Assembly (NCBI GenBank): GCA_951406725.2
Contig: OX597819.1
Span: 97,402,001-97,466,000 of the forward strand
Direction of reading: 5' to 3'
From: Octopus vulgaris
Taxonomy: Eukaryota
DNA: 64,000 nt
Part shown: positions 1-12,975 of the stretch, piece by piece
Layout of the letters: the number at the start of each line of letters is the position of its first letter
Numbering within the stretch: the stretch's first letter is position 1
The notes under the pieces: model-generated
The model's input: the letters and a program-made list of their open reading frames with translations, nothing else
Told to the model about the DNA's origin: nothing
Database searches by the model: none
Program-made: the position numbers and the translations under genes

Positions 1-339
1 ACATAAACTCATTTAATGCAAATATAACAAGCAGTAATTAAGAAACATATTCTCAGAAATCACAATTCTATCTTTATTGTAAAAATCAGTTCATATGTCA
101 TTTGTCCAAATCTACTGCAGGTGTCTCATAATGTTACTGGACAGTATCCTTAATTCTACATGCCCTCTGCACCTAGCTATGACAAATATAAGCAGATGGT
201 GCCCCAGACTAATTTCTTCAATCATGTACAATATGATATATTTACTTAATGATTCTCTCATCAATTATTTAGTGAGTACAAAATGTCTAGCTTTGCTGAT
301 GAAGTTTGATAAAACTAAAGTTGGAGTTGTCTTTCATAC

Positions 340-920
340 TTACTCTTTTACTTGCTTCAGTCATTTGACTGGCCATGCTGGAGCACCACTTTTAGTCGAG
401 CAAATCAACCCCAGGACTTATTCTTTGTAAGCCTAGTACTTATTCTATTGGTTTCTTTTGCCAAACTGCTAAGTTATGGGGACATAAACACACCAGCATC
501 GGTTGTCAAGCGATGTTGGGGGGGACAAATGCAGACACACAAACACATACACACACACATACACATACATATATATAATGCAAAGAAGAATGCAGTGTAC
601 ATTCAAACACAAAAGAGATACCCAAAGAATAAGATATCTGACTCGCTAGAGGGAGCAGTTAAAACTCCAAGCCACCAATTGTTGTAATTCCGAAAGTGAT
701 TGGAAAATAAAAACTTTTACCGTAAACCTATATATATATATACATATATATATACGACGGGCTTCTTTCAGTTTCCATCAACCAAATCCACTCACAAAAC
801 TTTGGTCGGCCCGAGGCTATAGTAGAAAACACTTGCCCAAAGTGCCACGCAGTTGGACTGAACCCAGAACCATGTGGTTCGTAAACAAGCTACTTACCAC
901 ATAGCCACTCCTACGCCTAC
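340..920 (-). mobile_element. tRNA-derived SINE (family A) with internal microsatellite and inserted segment
   Basis: Minus-strand head with A box (TGGCTATGTGG) and B box (GGTTCAGTCC), tail GTGCTCCAGCATGGCC..GTAAAAGAG; matches copies at 13801, 33225 and 57705. Confidence 0.8.
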
Positions 921-1848
921 TTGTAGAAATTATTAAAATATTAATCACTGAGCTGATGTTGTCTCTAATATCTAATTACCACATAATTATTTCTAATCCA
1001 ATATTTAGATAATATACAGGGGTAGGTATGGCTGTTTGTTACTGAGTTCACTTTGCAAGCACATAGTTTTGGAGTTCAGTTCCACTGTATGGCAGTTTGG
1101 GCTAACATGTTTTACTATAATACTTGGGCTGACCAATGTCTTGTAAATGTAAATGGTAGATGGAAACTGTGCAGAAGACTGTCATACATTTATACATATA
1201 TACATACATGCATATGTATCTATATATATATGTGCATATGTGTATAAATGCATGCATGTATACACACACACACACACACACACACATACACACACTAAAC
1301 ACACTTGCACATGCACACACACATACAAATTTTACTGGCAGCCCAGGTACTTTCAGTGACTTGTTCAATAACGATACTTCTATCAGCCAGACTAGCAGCC
1401 AAGCTCACCTGGGAAATTCCTTGAATTCATCTGCCTGCCTTTTAACAAACAGCCCATCTGGCAAGTTTTTTTTTCAAAACTAAGACTTTCCATAAATGAT
1501 GTAGTTTGTTATTACCAGAAAGCCTACTTTCTTCTTCACACTGTACAGATTCTAAACAGACACACAAATAAATATATAAATACATGCACACATATAGAAA
1601 TCATTAACAAACATGTAGAATGCTGTGTGCTTATTCATCTCAGTGAATTTCATTCTTTGGAAATTTTTATAACATTCATTATTTCCTGTGCTTATTATTT
1701 CAGATTCTTGATACTGAAATTGAAACCTTATCTCGTAGGTAAATACTCATTAAAGTTAAAACAATTCTGTGCCAAGCACTACTCATTCATGTAATGGTAC
1801 AAAGTTGACAGTGAAATATTAATTAATACTGTACCAATACAGTAAAGG

Positions 1849-1896
<48 letters not shown>

Positions 1897-2578
1897 TGTC
1901 ACATGTATAATCTCACTGTGAAGTTATGTTCCTTGGCTGGATCACAGGGTTTTTTCTTTTGATAGCTTGGAATGGGGATTAAATATTAAAAAATTCCTTA
2001 AGCCTATTTCCTGATATAAATGAGTTACACCTGATGCATTCTTGTAACCTTTTAATAGACCTTTGTTAAGAATGAATCACAGCTTGAAAGGAAGATGTAA
2101 ATAAATTATATTGTGCTGTTATGATAATGAAACTAGTTGCTTTGGTTCTCGGTTCAAGTGGAAAAATATAAACTATGGAGTTTAACCAAAGGCTTAATAT
2201 ATAGACGTCCTGGTCATTCTAGATTGTATCCTGAAAAAGGTCACTTGACTGATTAATATAAAGTCCTTCACTGACTTGCTCCAGCCTCTGGTTGATGCTT
2301 CTCTCTCTATCTTTACTATTATTTCTTCTGCTCCTTGGAATTAGCAGCCATGCCAGGGGCATGTAGAAAGCATCCAGCATACTCTGTAAAGTGGCTGGCA
2401 TTAGAAGGGCACCCAGCTGTAGAAACCTTGTGACAACTGGACATCTCTCTGGCTGGCCAGCTTCTGTCAAACCGTCCAACTCATGCTAGCATGGAAAACA
2501 AATACTAAATGATGCTGATGAAAATTACAAACATACACACGCATACATATGCATGTATGCGTGTATGTATGTATGTAC

Positions 2579-3135
2579 ATCATCATCATCATTTAACGTC
2601 CGCTTTCCATGCTAGCATGGGTTGGACGATTTGACTGAGGTCTGGAGAACCAGATTCCAATCTAATCTGGCAGAGTTTCTACAGCTGGATACCCTTCCTA
2701 ATGCCAACCACTCAGAGAGTGTAGTGGGTGCTTTTATGTGCCACTGGCATGAGAGCCAGTTTGGTGGTACTGGCAATGGCCACGCCCAAATGGTGCTTTT
2801 TACATGCCACCTGCACAGGAGCCAATCCAGTGGCACTGGCGATGACCTCACTTGAATGTTTCACATGCCACCAGCACAGGTGCTAGTAAGGCGATGCGGT
2901 AATGATCACGCTCGAATGGTGTGCTTAAACAGGCCAGCTTGTTGCTCTGGCAACAATCTCACTGGTATGGTACTCTTAGCACTCCACTAGCGAAAGATGC
3001 CAGTCACCGAGTTTGATTTTGACTTCGATTTCACTTACCTCAACTGGTCTTCGCAAGCAGAGTTTAGTGTCCAGTGAAGAAGAGGCACGCATAAGTGGAC
3101 TGGTTACACCCCTAGCATAGACCACAAGGTTATAG
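2579..3135 (-). mobile_element. RTE LINE 3'UTR fragment with (GAT)n tail
   Basis: Begins with (CAT)n on plus and matches the reverse complement of 12050-12595. Confidence 0.8.
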
Positions 3136-3379
3136 TCACAAGGTTATGGTACGTATGTATGTATATATGTATGTGTGTGTAAGTATGTATATGTATGTCT
3201 TGTGCGTATGTGTCTCATCTCATAGTCACACACATCTATAGAATGTAGAATGTGTGGGACTTGGAGTATGTGAATATCTATTTTGCTTTATATTGACGTC
3301 TCAGGTACTATTGAAAATTATTGCTTAATACTCCCTGTCCATGCTAAGATGGGTTGATTCACCACCACCACTGTCATCC

Positions 3380-3410
<31 letters not shown>

Positions 3411-4379
3411 TTCTGTTTTATGTCTGTTTTCCATGCCAGCATGAATTGCACTGGTCATCCCAGTCTGAACTAGTTCTTTTTTTTTTTTTAGAGTTACTAC
3501 CCTACTAGATGTCTCAGAAGACCATGTTGTGCTCCAATATCTCAATATTCACATGATTTCTATGGCTGGATGCCCTTCCTAAAATGAACCACAGTGTATA
3601 CTGGGTACAGTTTACTGAGGCACCAGTCCTTGAGATGATGTCATGTCCTTTACAAAACTAGAACTACCCACTTTTTTTCCAGTGTGTACTGAGTGCATTT
3701 TATCATAGTACGATTATTAGTGAGTTTGTTTTGTAACTCACATGACTATAGAGATATTTCAACTGTGAAAGGCACAATATAAAATGGGTAATAACATAAA
3801 CTAAGTGTAAGGTGTGGGATAGACAGAAGTGAAAGTATAGAGGTGGAACAAACAGGTTGCTGTTCAGTGGGTGATATGCATGTGTGAATGTGTGTGGGTG
3901 TGGATGTAGGTGCAGGTGTAGGTGTGGGTGTGGAGGTATAGGGTGGAGGTATTTGTGGTGTGAGTGGGGGTGGGGTGGAGTACAAATGTGTGTGTGTGTG
4001 AGTGTGTCATAGTTTGTCCATGATTGCTCCACACAGTCATTCTGTCTGCTAGAAATAGCAACTCAGTTTCTCCAAATCACTCCCTACCATCTTAGAAAAC
4101 AATATACTGGGTAATGTAGTCCAGGGTTTCATATGAAAAAAATGTGAAATGGTCATGGAAGGAATACTTCTGGTCATTGGACTGCATTATGAGGGCTAAC
4201 AAGAATTAAATAATAAAATCAGCAACATAAACATGCTATTAGATGCTCACGTGCACACACACACACACACACACGTATGTACATACACACATATACATAC
4301 ACACACGTGAGCACCCTCCCACACACACACGTATGTACCCCCCCATACACACACGTGTGCCCCTCCCTCACATACACAC

Positions 4380-5962
4380 ACACTGGCACTCTGCCAGTTA
4401 TGACAATGAGGGTTCCATTTCATCCGATCAATGGAACAGCCTGCTCATGAAATTAATGTGCAAGTGGCTAAGCACTCCACAGACACACAGACACTTAATG
4501 TAGTTCTGAAGAAGATTCAGTGTGACACCCTTTGAATTACAGGTACTGCTCATTTTTTGCCAGCTGAGTGGACTGGAGCAATGTCAAATTAAATATTAGG
4601 GTGTCAAGAAAGTTCTTGTGATTTTTAACCTTTAAATTCAGATGCACATATCTCGGCTCAAACAAAACTTTATTAATCGGAATAAATACCATCAGAATCA
4701 ACACACTTTTGCCAACGCGAAACAAGTTTATTTATGCCAGTAGCATAAAAATCCTGTGTTCTGGTGGCGATAAAGTCGTTGAAGGCATGTTTGGCATCGT
4801 CTTGGTTTTTTTCTCACACAGGAAGTTGTTGAGATGCTTGAAAAAGTGGTAGTCGGTAGGTGAGAGGTCTGGTGTGTATGGCAGATGAGGCAGAGTTTTA
4901 TAGCCCAATTTGTTCAACTTCTGCAGGGTCAGTTGTGTGACGTGCAGCTGAGCATTGTTGTAGAGAAGAATTGGTCCCTTTCTACTGACCAATGCTGGCT
5001 GTTGTTGTCAGACTTTCTTAAGCATTTCATCCATTTGCTGACAGTACTTCTCAGCCATAATTTTTTCGCCTGGATCCAAAAAGCTGTGATAGATAAGACT
5101 GGTCACAGACCACCAAACAGTCACCATAACCTTCTTTTGGTGCAACTTTAGCTTCGGGAAGTGCTGTGGAGCTTCGACGACGTCCAACCATTGAGCTGAG
5201 CATCACCGGTTGTTGTAAAGAATCCATTTTTCATTGCAAGTCACAATCCGGTCGAGAAACGGGTCATTCTTGTTGCATAAAAAAGGGAAGCTGACACTTC
5301 AAAAGGGCGTTTTTTTTGGTTGTCATTCAATTTGTGCAGCACAAATTTCTCAAGTATTTTTTGTTTTCCCAATCCTTTCAAGTGGTTGGAAATTGTTATA
5401 CATGTTACGTCTAATTCAGAAGCAAACTCTCGAACAGTTGTGCATGGACTGGCTTCCACTAAGGCTCTTAGTTGATTATTGTCAACATCGATGGCTGACC
5501 ACTACGTTTATCATCTTCAAGATTCTCATCACCACTACGAAATTTCTTGACCCACCATTGTACTGTAAGTTCATTAGTGATTCCAGGGCCAAATGCATAA
5601 TTGATATTGCGAGATGTTTCAGCCGCTTTTTAGCCTAGCTTGAATCGGAATAAGAAAATTGTGTGAATTTACTTTTTGTTCATGTTGTATTCAACATTCT
5701 GGAAAAAATGGCCTAATTATTCAAAAAGAGTAACATGATTAGATAGAGTGAAAAACGGGCTTTAAAATGATGTATGAAGTCAAAGTAATTTAACGAAAAT
5801 TAATTTGAAAATACATCATTTAAAACCAAAATTAAAAATTCTGCAAGAACTTTCTTGACAACCAAATATCATGCTTAAAAACACAATGCACCACCAGGAA
5901 TCGAACTCATGACTTCACAATCATGAGCTGAATACCCTAACCACTAAGCCACGTGCCTTCAT
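4380..5962 (-). mobile_element. tRNA-derived SINE (family C) split by the mariner
   Basis: Halves 4380-4593 and 5869-5962 join to match the intact opposite-strand copy at about 9775-10092. Confidence 0.7.
4596..5866 (-). mobile_element. Full-length decayed mariner transposon (1271 bp)
   Basis: Imperfect TIRs TTAGGGTGTCAAGAAAGTTCTTG / CAAGAACTTTCTTGACAACCAAA, TA on both flanks; broken transposase with HTH (TTVREFASELDV) and GPILL..LPHLPYTPDLSPTDYHFF. Confidence 0.92.
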
Positions 5963-6869
5963 ACACACATGTATACACACACACACACATGTATGAGATA
6001 CTATATTTCCTGCTGAAATCGGAGAAGGTGAGCAACTACAGTAATATTTCACCCACATAAAACCACCACCTCCCTACCTTACCTGACAATATCTTAGAGT
6101 GAAGTTATTTAGCATATCTACCTGTGGCTATAATGTTAGTATATATATACTAACATAAACACTAACATCTGTAGTTTTGGCAGTATTATTCTCTATCTCT
6201 CTCTTTTTCCCTTCTCCCCCTCTCTATCTATCTATTTATCTATCTCTCTGAAACATTGGCCAAAATAAACACAACTATTTCAGAATCCCTAGTTGTGTAG
6301 GAGGGAAAATATGTAAGGAAGCAATAACAGAGAGAAGGTTTCAAACCCATGTGTTGACCTACTTTTAATCACAACTGATATGTTGTGTAATCATTTGGAA
6401 AAACTGAGGCAGCATTCCATAATACAGGTTGGCTTGCAATGCTGACTTATATTGAAAAAAGTAAATTATTATTATTATTAGTATTAGTATTATTATTATT
6501 ATCTCTATCATCCCCACTCACTTAAAAAAAAATTTTTTTACCTTTGTATGCTATGCATATATCCCTTCTTTTCCAGTGTATACCGTGTATAATTTATTCT
6601 TTTATTTTAATTTTAATTTATTATTTTTTTTATCATTTTATTATTATATTTAAACCCCCACACTTTATGTCTGTCTCTGTATTGCCCCCCTCATCCTTTG
6701 CCCTTGTAGAAAATAAACGAAACCATTACTATTGCAGTGAGGTGGCAGATTCATTAGTGCATTGGACAAAATACTTGGAATCATTTCTTCCAGCTCTTTA
6801 TATTCTGGGGCTGATATAAATGACTAGTCCCTTACCACAAAATTTCAGGCCTTGTGCCTATAGTAGAAA

Positions 6870-7385
6870 GGATTATTATCTCACTTCCTGTCTCAGCTGT
6901 GTGCTGCACCTTTCAGCCAGGGATGTGGAATCCCATAAAATTCCAACAACAGCTGAAGATATATGGAATGTGATGAGTAGCTGTACAAGGAAGTTGTCAG
7001 GGCTGGATGGTCTGCCCTTCAAGCTTTATTTTAATATGTCAAACAGTATTTTTGTTGAAAGGTGGATGAATGTAGCGAGGATGACCCTTGTGAATGGGAA
7101 CACTCTGAACATATGCTTGTAAACTGGAGTAAGGTACCTACCTAAGGCACCCTTGGAAGTTGGGGTAACTAGGATGTGTGGGGTTCCTTGGTTGGCTCTG
7201 AGAGGAACTCCCCACCTTTTGGAGAATTTTATTGTTAAGATTTTGTTGTTAATTGTTATTGTTTTATTTTATTTTACATACGAATATTCATCTAAGCCCC
7301 ACTTGTCCCTTTTGTTGTAGTGTCCCTTGTGTTGTATTATCCGTTTTTGTTTTGGTTCAACCCTTGTGGCCAATAAAGAAAAGAC
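6870..7385 (+). mobile_element. L1/Tx1-like LINE fragments
   Basis: TAEDIWNVMSSCTRKLSGLDGLPFKLY resembles the KSPGxDGLP RT N-terminal motif; followed by a T-rich 3' region ending in AATAAAGAAA. Confidence 0.5.
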
Positions 7386-7424
7386 TATTATTGTTATCAT
7401 TATCATCATCATAATCATCATTAT

Positions 7425-8050
7425 GTCTTTGCACAGCTTCTAACACTGGAGATGTACTACGGTGTCAGCTGTTCACTACCAGTGAACTAAGGTAACATCC
7501 CATATTTTTCAAGCACCATCCAGAGTATTCAAGCAGTTCCAAGCAGTGCTGTTTTCTGCAAGTGCTCCACCCTTATTGTAGCTCCTATTTGTTCCATGTG
7601 CTTCTTAAGTTTTTTGTTCACTGTTCCCAGGGCTCTGACAATCATTGCTACTGCCACCACCTTTTCAGTGACCACAACTGCTTAACCTCCTAAGCTAACC
7701 TGTTATATCTATTGATTTTTCTTTCTTCCTTATCACATAACTTGTTGTCAGCTGGGCATGCTATATCTATGATCCAGCATTGTTTGCTTTCTTTCTCAAT
7801 TAAGATTATGTCTGGTTTCCTATTTTCTATCTCAAGGTTGCACTGAATCATAAAATCCCACAGGATCTTTGCATTATCATTTTTGATGATGCCTTTAGGT
7901 TTTATGTTCATACCACCTTTTTTGCTCTGTCAAGTCCATACTTGTTACAAAGTGTCTAATGGACAATCCTTGCTATATTGTCATGTTGTCTCTTATGTTC
8001 TTTCTGGGCTAGAGGCATACATTGACTGATAATATGCCATATGGTTTTGT
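7425..8050 (-). mobile_element. Restriction-like endonuclease C-terminus of an R4/Dong-type non-LTR retrotransposon (decayed)
   Basis: KILWDFMIQCNLEIENRKPDIILIEKESKQCWIIDIACP is the typical RLE PD..D motif, preceded by HIISQC..KEHKRQHDNIA zinc-knuckle remnant; 3' end abuts ATG/TAA-type microsatellite. Confidence 0.8.
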
Positions 8051-8099
8051 AAGAAGAAGAAGACAACGGTGCCGCCGCCGCTGCCACCAATGAAGAAGA

Positions 8100-8658
8100 A
8101 TAATGCCCTGATGCAGTACCAGGCAGTGGCTCTCATGGCTTCTGATCTTAACTGATTGGAAGTGTTATCATGTACATTGTTTTGTCTTGGTATAAAAGAT
8201 GGGCTACAGCAAATATTCTGCTCAATACCACAGATTTGCTTGTCAGTTGTTTGACTTTAACCAGTTGAGGATGTCCCTTAGTGGCTGACGATATGTGCAT
8301 CTCTGATCACGAGCAGAAGTATTTGGGGAGCATCATAGCCATGTGTTGAGAGGGATTCTTTGGGGTTTGAATAATTCACCTCTGGAAACATGGGTGGTTC
8401 TTTCAACATCCTTAAACAACCCTTATTCAGGGACCTTTTGAGTGGGTTGGGCTACTCGACCAGAAGAAAATTCTAACTGGGCCCCACCTGCAAGGTCATC
8501 TGCTGTTTATCTTGATATGAGATCACCATGTCACGCACATATGGTTGTGATGAATGTGACTGGTGTACCCTTATCAGACGGGTAGTCATGATGGGTATAT
8601 TGGGCTTCGTATATTTTACCCCAGTGTCACTTTGATGGCATGTACTGTTCTCTCACTC

Positions 8659-8705
<47 letters not shown>
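8100..8705 (+). mobile_element. Probable retroelement 3' end terminating in (TAA)n
   Basis: GC-richer block with sharp edges ending in a long (TAA)n tail; family not identified. Confidence 0.45.
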
Positions 8706-8706
<1 letters not shown>

Positions 8707-8738
8707 TATTATTATTATTATTATTATTACTATTTTTA

Positions 8739-8766
8739 CTAGCTGGACCCGTGAAAACTTCACGGG
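8739..8766 (-). mobile_element. Helitron 3' terminus
   Basis: Perfect 8-bp-stem hairpin CCCGTGAA-aac-TTCACGGG next to CTAG followed by T on the minus strand; 5' end not located. Confidence 0.6.
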
Positions 8767-9774
8767 AAACATAAAAATGTAAGCATCTGCAAATTGAGTT
8801 CTGGTACCATGAGAAACGTTCTATATTGTGACACTAACAAAATATAGAAACAAGTGTAAAACCAATGACTATAAACCAACCAAAATACTTCAGTTATGCA
8901 AACGTAAACAAAATTACTATTTAGCCTTAAAATACATCGTGCATATTCAGAGACAGTGGTATAGAACTTTCTTCTGGTATTCTTTTATTTTTTTACTTGT
9001 TTCACTCATTTGACAGAAGCCATGCTGGAGCACCACCCTTTAGTCAAAGAAATTGACCCCTGGACTTATTCCTTGTAAACCTAGTGCTTATTCTATCAGC
9101 CTCTTCTGTCAAACAGCTAAGTTACAGGGATGCAAACACACCAACATCGGTGGGGGGACAAATACAGACACAATCACATACATATATGTGACAGGCTTCT
9201 TTCAGTTTCCGTCTACCAAATTCACTCACGAGTCTGATTGGCCTGAGGCTATAGTGGAAGACACTCTTTAAAGTATAGAGTTGAATTTCATGTAGCCACC
9301 TGTTAACGACTTTTCTCCCTCCACCCCATTTTGAAGGGGGTATTACCCATTTTTGTGGGCTCTTTTCATAGCTATACCCTGTTCGAAATTTGCATTAGTT
9401 TTTGTATGAAAAAAGAAAGGAAGGGAGTGGGGCTTGTTTGTAGAGAAAATGCTAAACATGCCTGAAAGAAAAACAGGGTCTTTCCCCACAACTAAATTAT
9501 GAAAGAAGCCGAATAAGTACCGAGGATAGGTGAAAGATGAAAGAAAGAACTAACACTTGATCATTCTAGAACTCCTAGAATATAAACGTAAACACTTGAA
9601 TGACTTTCCCTCTGTTCATTACTAAATGTCTTTCCTTCTTCATTGTTAAGAGTAAAGAAGCTAGGAGAGATCAATCGTATTTCAGTCTAATTGCCATTGT
9701 AAATGACTGATACTTTCCTTTCTCTGTCTCTATCACATTCACTCCTTTTCTCTATGGTTAAGAGAGTAAACGTG

Positions 9775-10092
9775 CATGGCTCAGTGGTTAGGGGTATTCG
9801 GTCCATGATTGTGAAGTCATGAGTATGATTTCCTGCGATGCATTGTGTTCTTGAGCAAGATACTCTACTTCACCTTGCTGCAGTCCACTCAGTTGGCAAA
9901 AATGTGTTGTAACTGTAATTCAAAGGGGTCAGCCTTGTCACATTCTGTGTGAGGTTGAATCTCCCCGAGAACTACATTATGGTATGCATGTCTGTGGAGT
10001 ACTTAGCCACTTGCATGTTAATTTTATGAGCAGACTGTTCCGGTGATCAGATAAACAGGAACCTTGTCATCGTAACCGACGGAGTACCATTT
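9775..10092 (+). mobile_element. tRNA-derived SINE (family C)
   Basis: A box TGGCTCAGTGG, body CTTGAGCAAGA..CAGTCCACTCAG; partial copy at 10410-10560. Confidence 0.7.
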
Positions 10093-10857
10093 TTTAAAGT
10101 GGGTGAAAGAAAAGGAAATGTTCCATATCATAAGGCAAAAATGTCATATGTTTAGTATAAGGAGAAAAAGTCAAGACGAAATAATTGCTATTCCATCATA
10201 TATTTGCCCTTGACTCATGCTCAGTTTGATAACAACAGCCTGCACATAAGAGTTTATCTGGAGGCTAAGCCCCCAGATTTGTGAGACCCACAAATGCTGC
10301 TGTTAGGACTGGATTAATACCCATAACGACCCTAATGACTAAAAAGATTTTCCTGCCCCTATATAGGCTCTTTTCCCATTTTCTTCCAACCACTTGAAGG
10401 TTTATCTTACTCCAGTCCACTCAGCTGGCTAAAATGAGTCGTAGCTGTAATTCAAAGGAGCCAGCCTTGTCATATTCTTTGTGAGGCTGAATCTCCCTGA
10501 GAACTACATTAATGGTATGCATGTGTATGGAATACTCAGCCACTTGCGAATCAATTTTATCCTTGTGTGATAATGAAAAGTGAAAGTGACATCCAATATT
10601 TGCTGTTATTATTTGTCTTTGATTTAACAATGTGTCTATGTATCAACTCTTCTTTCAATCTATGTATCTACTTTTCTTGTGATGTTCACCTTTACACCTT
10701 TTCTTGTAGAATCTATGTACGTTTGCCTTAGGGTAGAGGGCACCATGCATTGTCATTGTTTTTTTGGGTAGTGCACTCAAATTGGTTAATCTCCACTCAT
10801 GTCCATTTTATGATGGGTGCACTATATTTGACACCATTATTATTATTATTATTCTTA

Positions 10858-12594
10858 AGGTGAGAGCTGTGCGAGCCATGTACAGAGACGCTGCTAGTAA
10901 GGTGAGGGTTGGCAACGAGTACAGTGAAGAAATCCGGGTAGAGGTTGGGGTCCACCAAGGTTCAGTCCTCAGTCTTCTCCTATTTATCATAGTCCTCCAG
11001 GTAATAACGGAGGAATTCAAGACAGGATGCCCCTGGGAGCTCCTCTATGCTGATGACTTTGCTCTAATTGCTGAGTCACTATCAGAACTGGAGGAGAAGT
11101 TTCAGGTGTGGAAGCAAGGATTAGAATCGAAGGGCCTTAGAATCAACCTAGCCAAAACCAAAGTCCTAATAAGTAGGAAGGTAGACCAATCACAAACGCC
11201 TTCAGATAGATGGCCCTGCTCGATCTGTAAAAAAGGTGTAGGTAGAAACTCTATAAGGTGCACCAAGTGTAAGCTATGGACACATAAGAGGTGCAGCAAT
11301 GTCAAAGGAAGGCTAACTAGGAAAATAGTTTTTGTCTGTGGCAGATGCTCAGGAGCAATAAACACTGAAAATGTGCAGAGACCAACTTCTACCACGTTCC
11401 AGGGAGAAAAACTAGAAGTAGTTGATAGCTTCCGCTACCTAGGTGACCAAGTCAGTAGCGGGGGTGGGTGTGCTGAAAGTGTAACTACTAGAGTAAGAAT
11501 AGCCTGGGCAAAGTTCAGAGAGCTCTTACCCCTGCTGGTGACAAAAGGCCTCTCGCTCAGAGTAAAAGGCAGACTGTATGATGCATGTGTATGAACAGCC
11601 ATGCTACATGGTAGTGAAACATGGGCTGTGACTGCTGAGGATATGCGTAAGCTCGCGAGAAATGAAGCCAGTAAGCTCTGATGGATGTGTAATGTCAGTG
11701 TTCATAATCAACAGAGTGTAAGTACCTTGAGAGAAAAGTTGGACCTAAGAAGCATCAGTTGTGGTGTGCAAGAGAGACGTTTGCGCTGGTATGGTCATGT
11801 GACGAGAATGGATGAAGATAGTTGTGTGCAAAAGTGCCACACCCTAGCGGTTGAGGGAACCTGTGGAAGAGGTAGACCCAGGAAAACCTGGGACGAGGTG
11901 GTGAAGCACGACCTTCGAACTTTAGGTCTCACCAAGGAAATGACTAGAGACGAGACCTATGGAAGTATGCTGTGCGTGAGAAGACCCGGCAAGACTAGTG
12001 AGACCATAACCCGTGGCCTCTACCTGGTATGTAGCCAGTCGACTTATACATACCTTTCCTTCTTGGGACACAAAACTCTACTTGTGAAGACCCGTTGAGG
12101 CAAGTGAAAATCAAAATCAAAATTAAACCAAATCAAATCAGATATCAGAAAGCAGAACCAAAATCGAAGTCGATCAACATCAATGGAAATTGCAGCTGTG
12201 ATACCAGTGCCGGTGACAAGTAAGTGAACCATCCGATCGTGGCCGTTGCCAGTGCCGCCCCGACTGGCCTCCATGCCGGTGGCACGTAAAAAGCACCATC
12301 CGTTCATGGCCGTTACCAGTCTCGCCTGGCCCCTGTGCCGGTGGCACGTAAAAAGCCCCATCCGATCGTGGCCGTTGCCAGCTCCATCTGGCACCTGTGT
12401 GGGTGGCACGTAAAAAGCACCCACTACACTCATGGAGTGGTTGGCATTAGGAAGGGCATCCAGCCGTAGAAACACTGCCAGATCAGACTGGGCCTGATGC
12501 AACCTTCTGGCTTCACAGACCCCAGTTGAACCGTTCAACCCATACTAGCATGGAAAGCGGACGCTAAATGATGATGATGATGATGATGATGATG
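10858..12594 (+). mobile_element. 5'-truncated RTE-clade LINE: RT C-terminal half, PHD-like finger, 3'UTR and (GAT)n tail
   Basis: [47 protein letters not shown]; in-frame stops near 11592 and 11672-11681; tail AAATGATGATG. Confidence 0.95.
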
Positions 12595-12785
12595 AAGGTG
12601 ATGAGCTGACAGAACATTAGAGGTATTTTGTCCGTCTTTACATTCTCAAATTCTGTCATGGTCAGCTTTGCCTTTCATCCTTTTGGGGTTGATAAATTAA
12701 GTACCAGTCGAGTACTGGGGTTGACATAATCAACTTAACCTCTTCCCCAAAATTTCAGACTTTGTGCTTATAGCAGAAAGGATTG
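12595..12785 (+). mobile_element. SINE family B (GCCTTTCATCC..GGGGTTGATAAA..AGTACCAG core)
   Basis: The same core recurs at 22700-23360, 28000, 28530, 50850 and 53455. Confidence 0.65.
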
Positions 12786-12843
12786 TTATTATTACTGCAG
12801 CAAACTGGTAGAATTGTTAGCATGCTGGGCAAAATGCTTTATT

Positions 12844-12845
<2 letters not shown>

Positions 12846-12925
<80 letters not shown>

Positions 12926-12975
12926 CAGCAGCAGCAGTAGTAGTAGTAGTAGTAGTCGCAGCAGCAGCAGCAGTG
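12846..12975. repeat. Compound trinucleotide microsatellite (TAT)n(TAG)n(CAG)n
   Basis: Directly visible. Confidence 0.95.

Noticed and set aside
1053-1483. His/Thr/Tyr/Ile-rich ORFs (also 3703-4503 and 19838-20342)
   Set aside because: Translations of (CA)n/(TA)n microsatellites.
10764-12098. Functional reverse transcriptase gene or retron-like system
   Set aside because: 5'-truncated, fused to an (ATT)n flank, with in-frame stops; an ordinary dead RTE copy.
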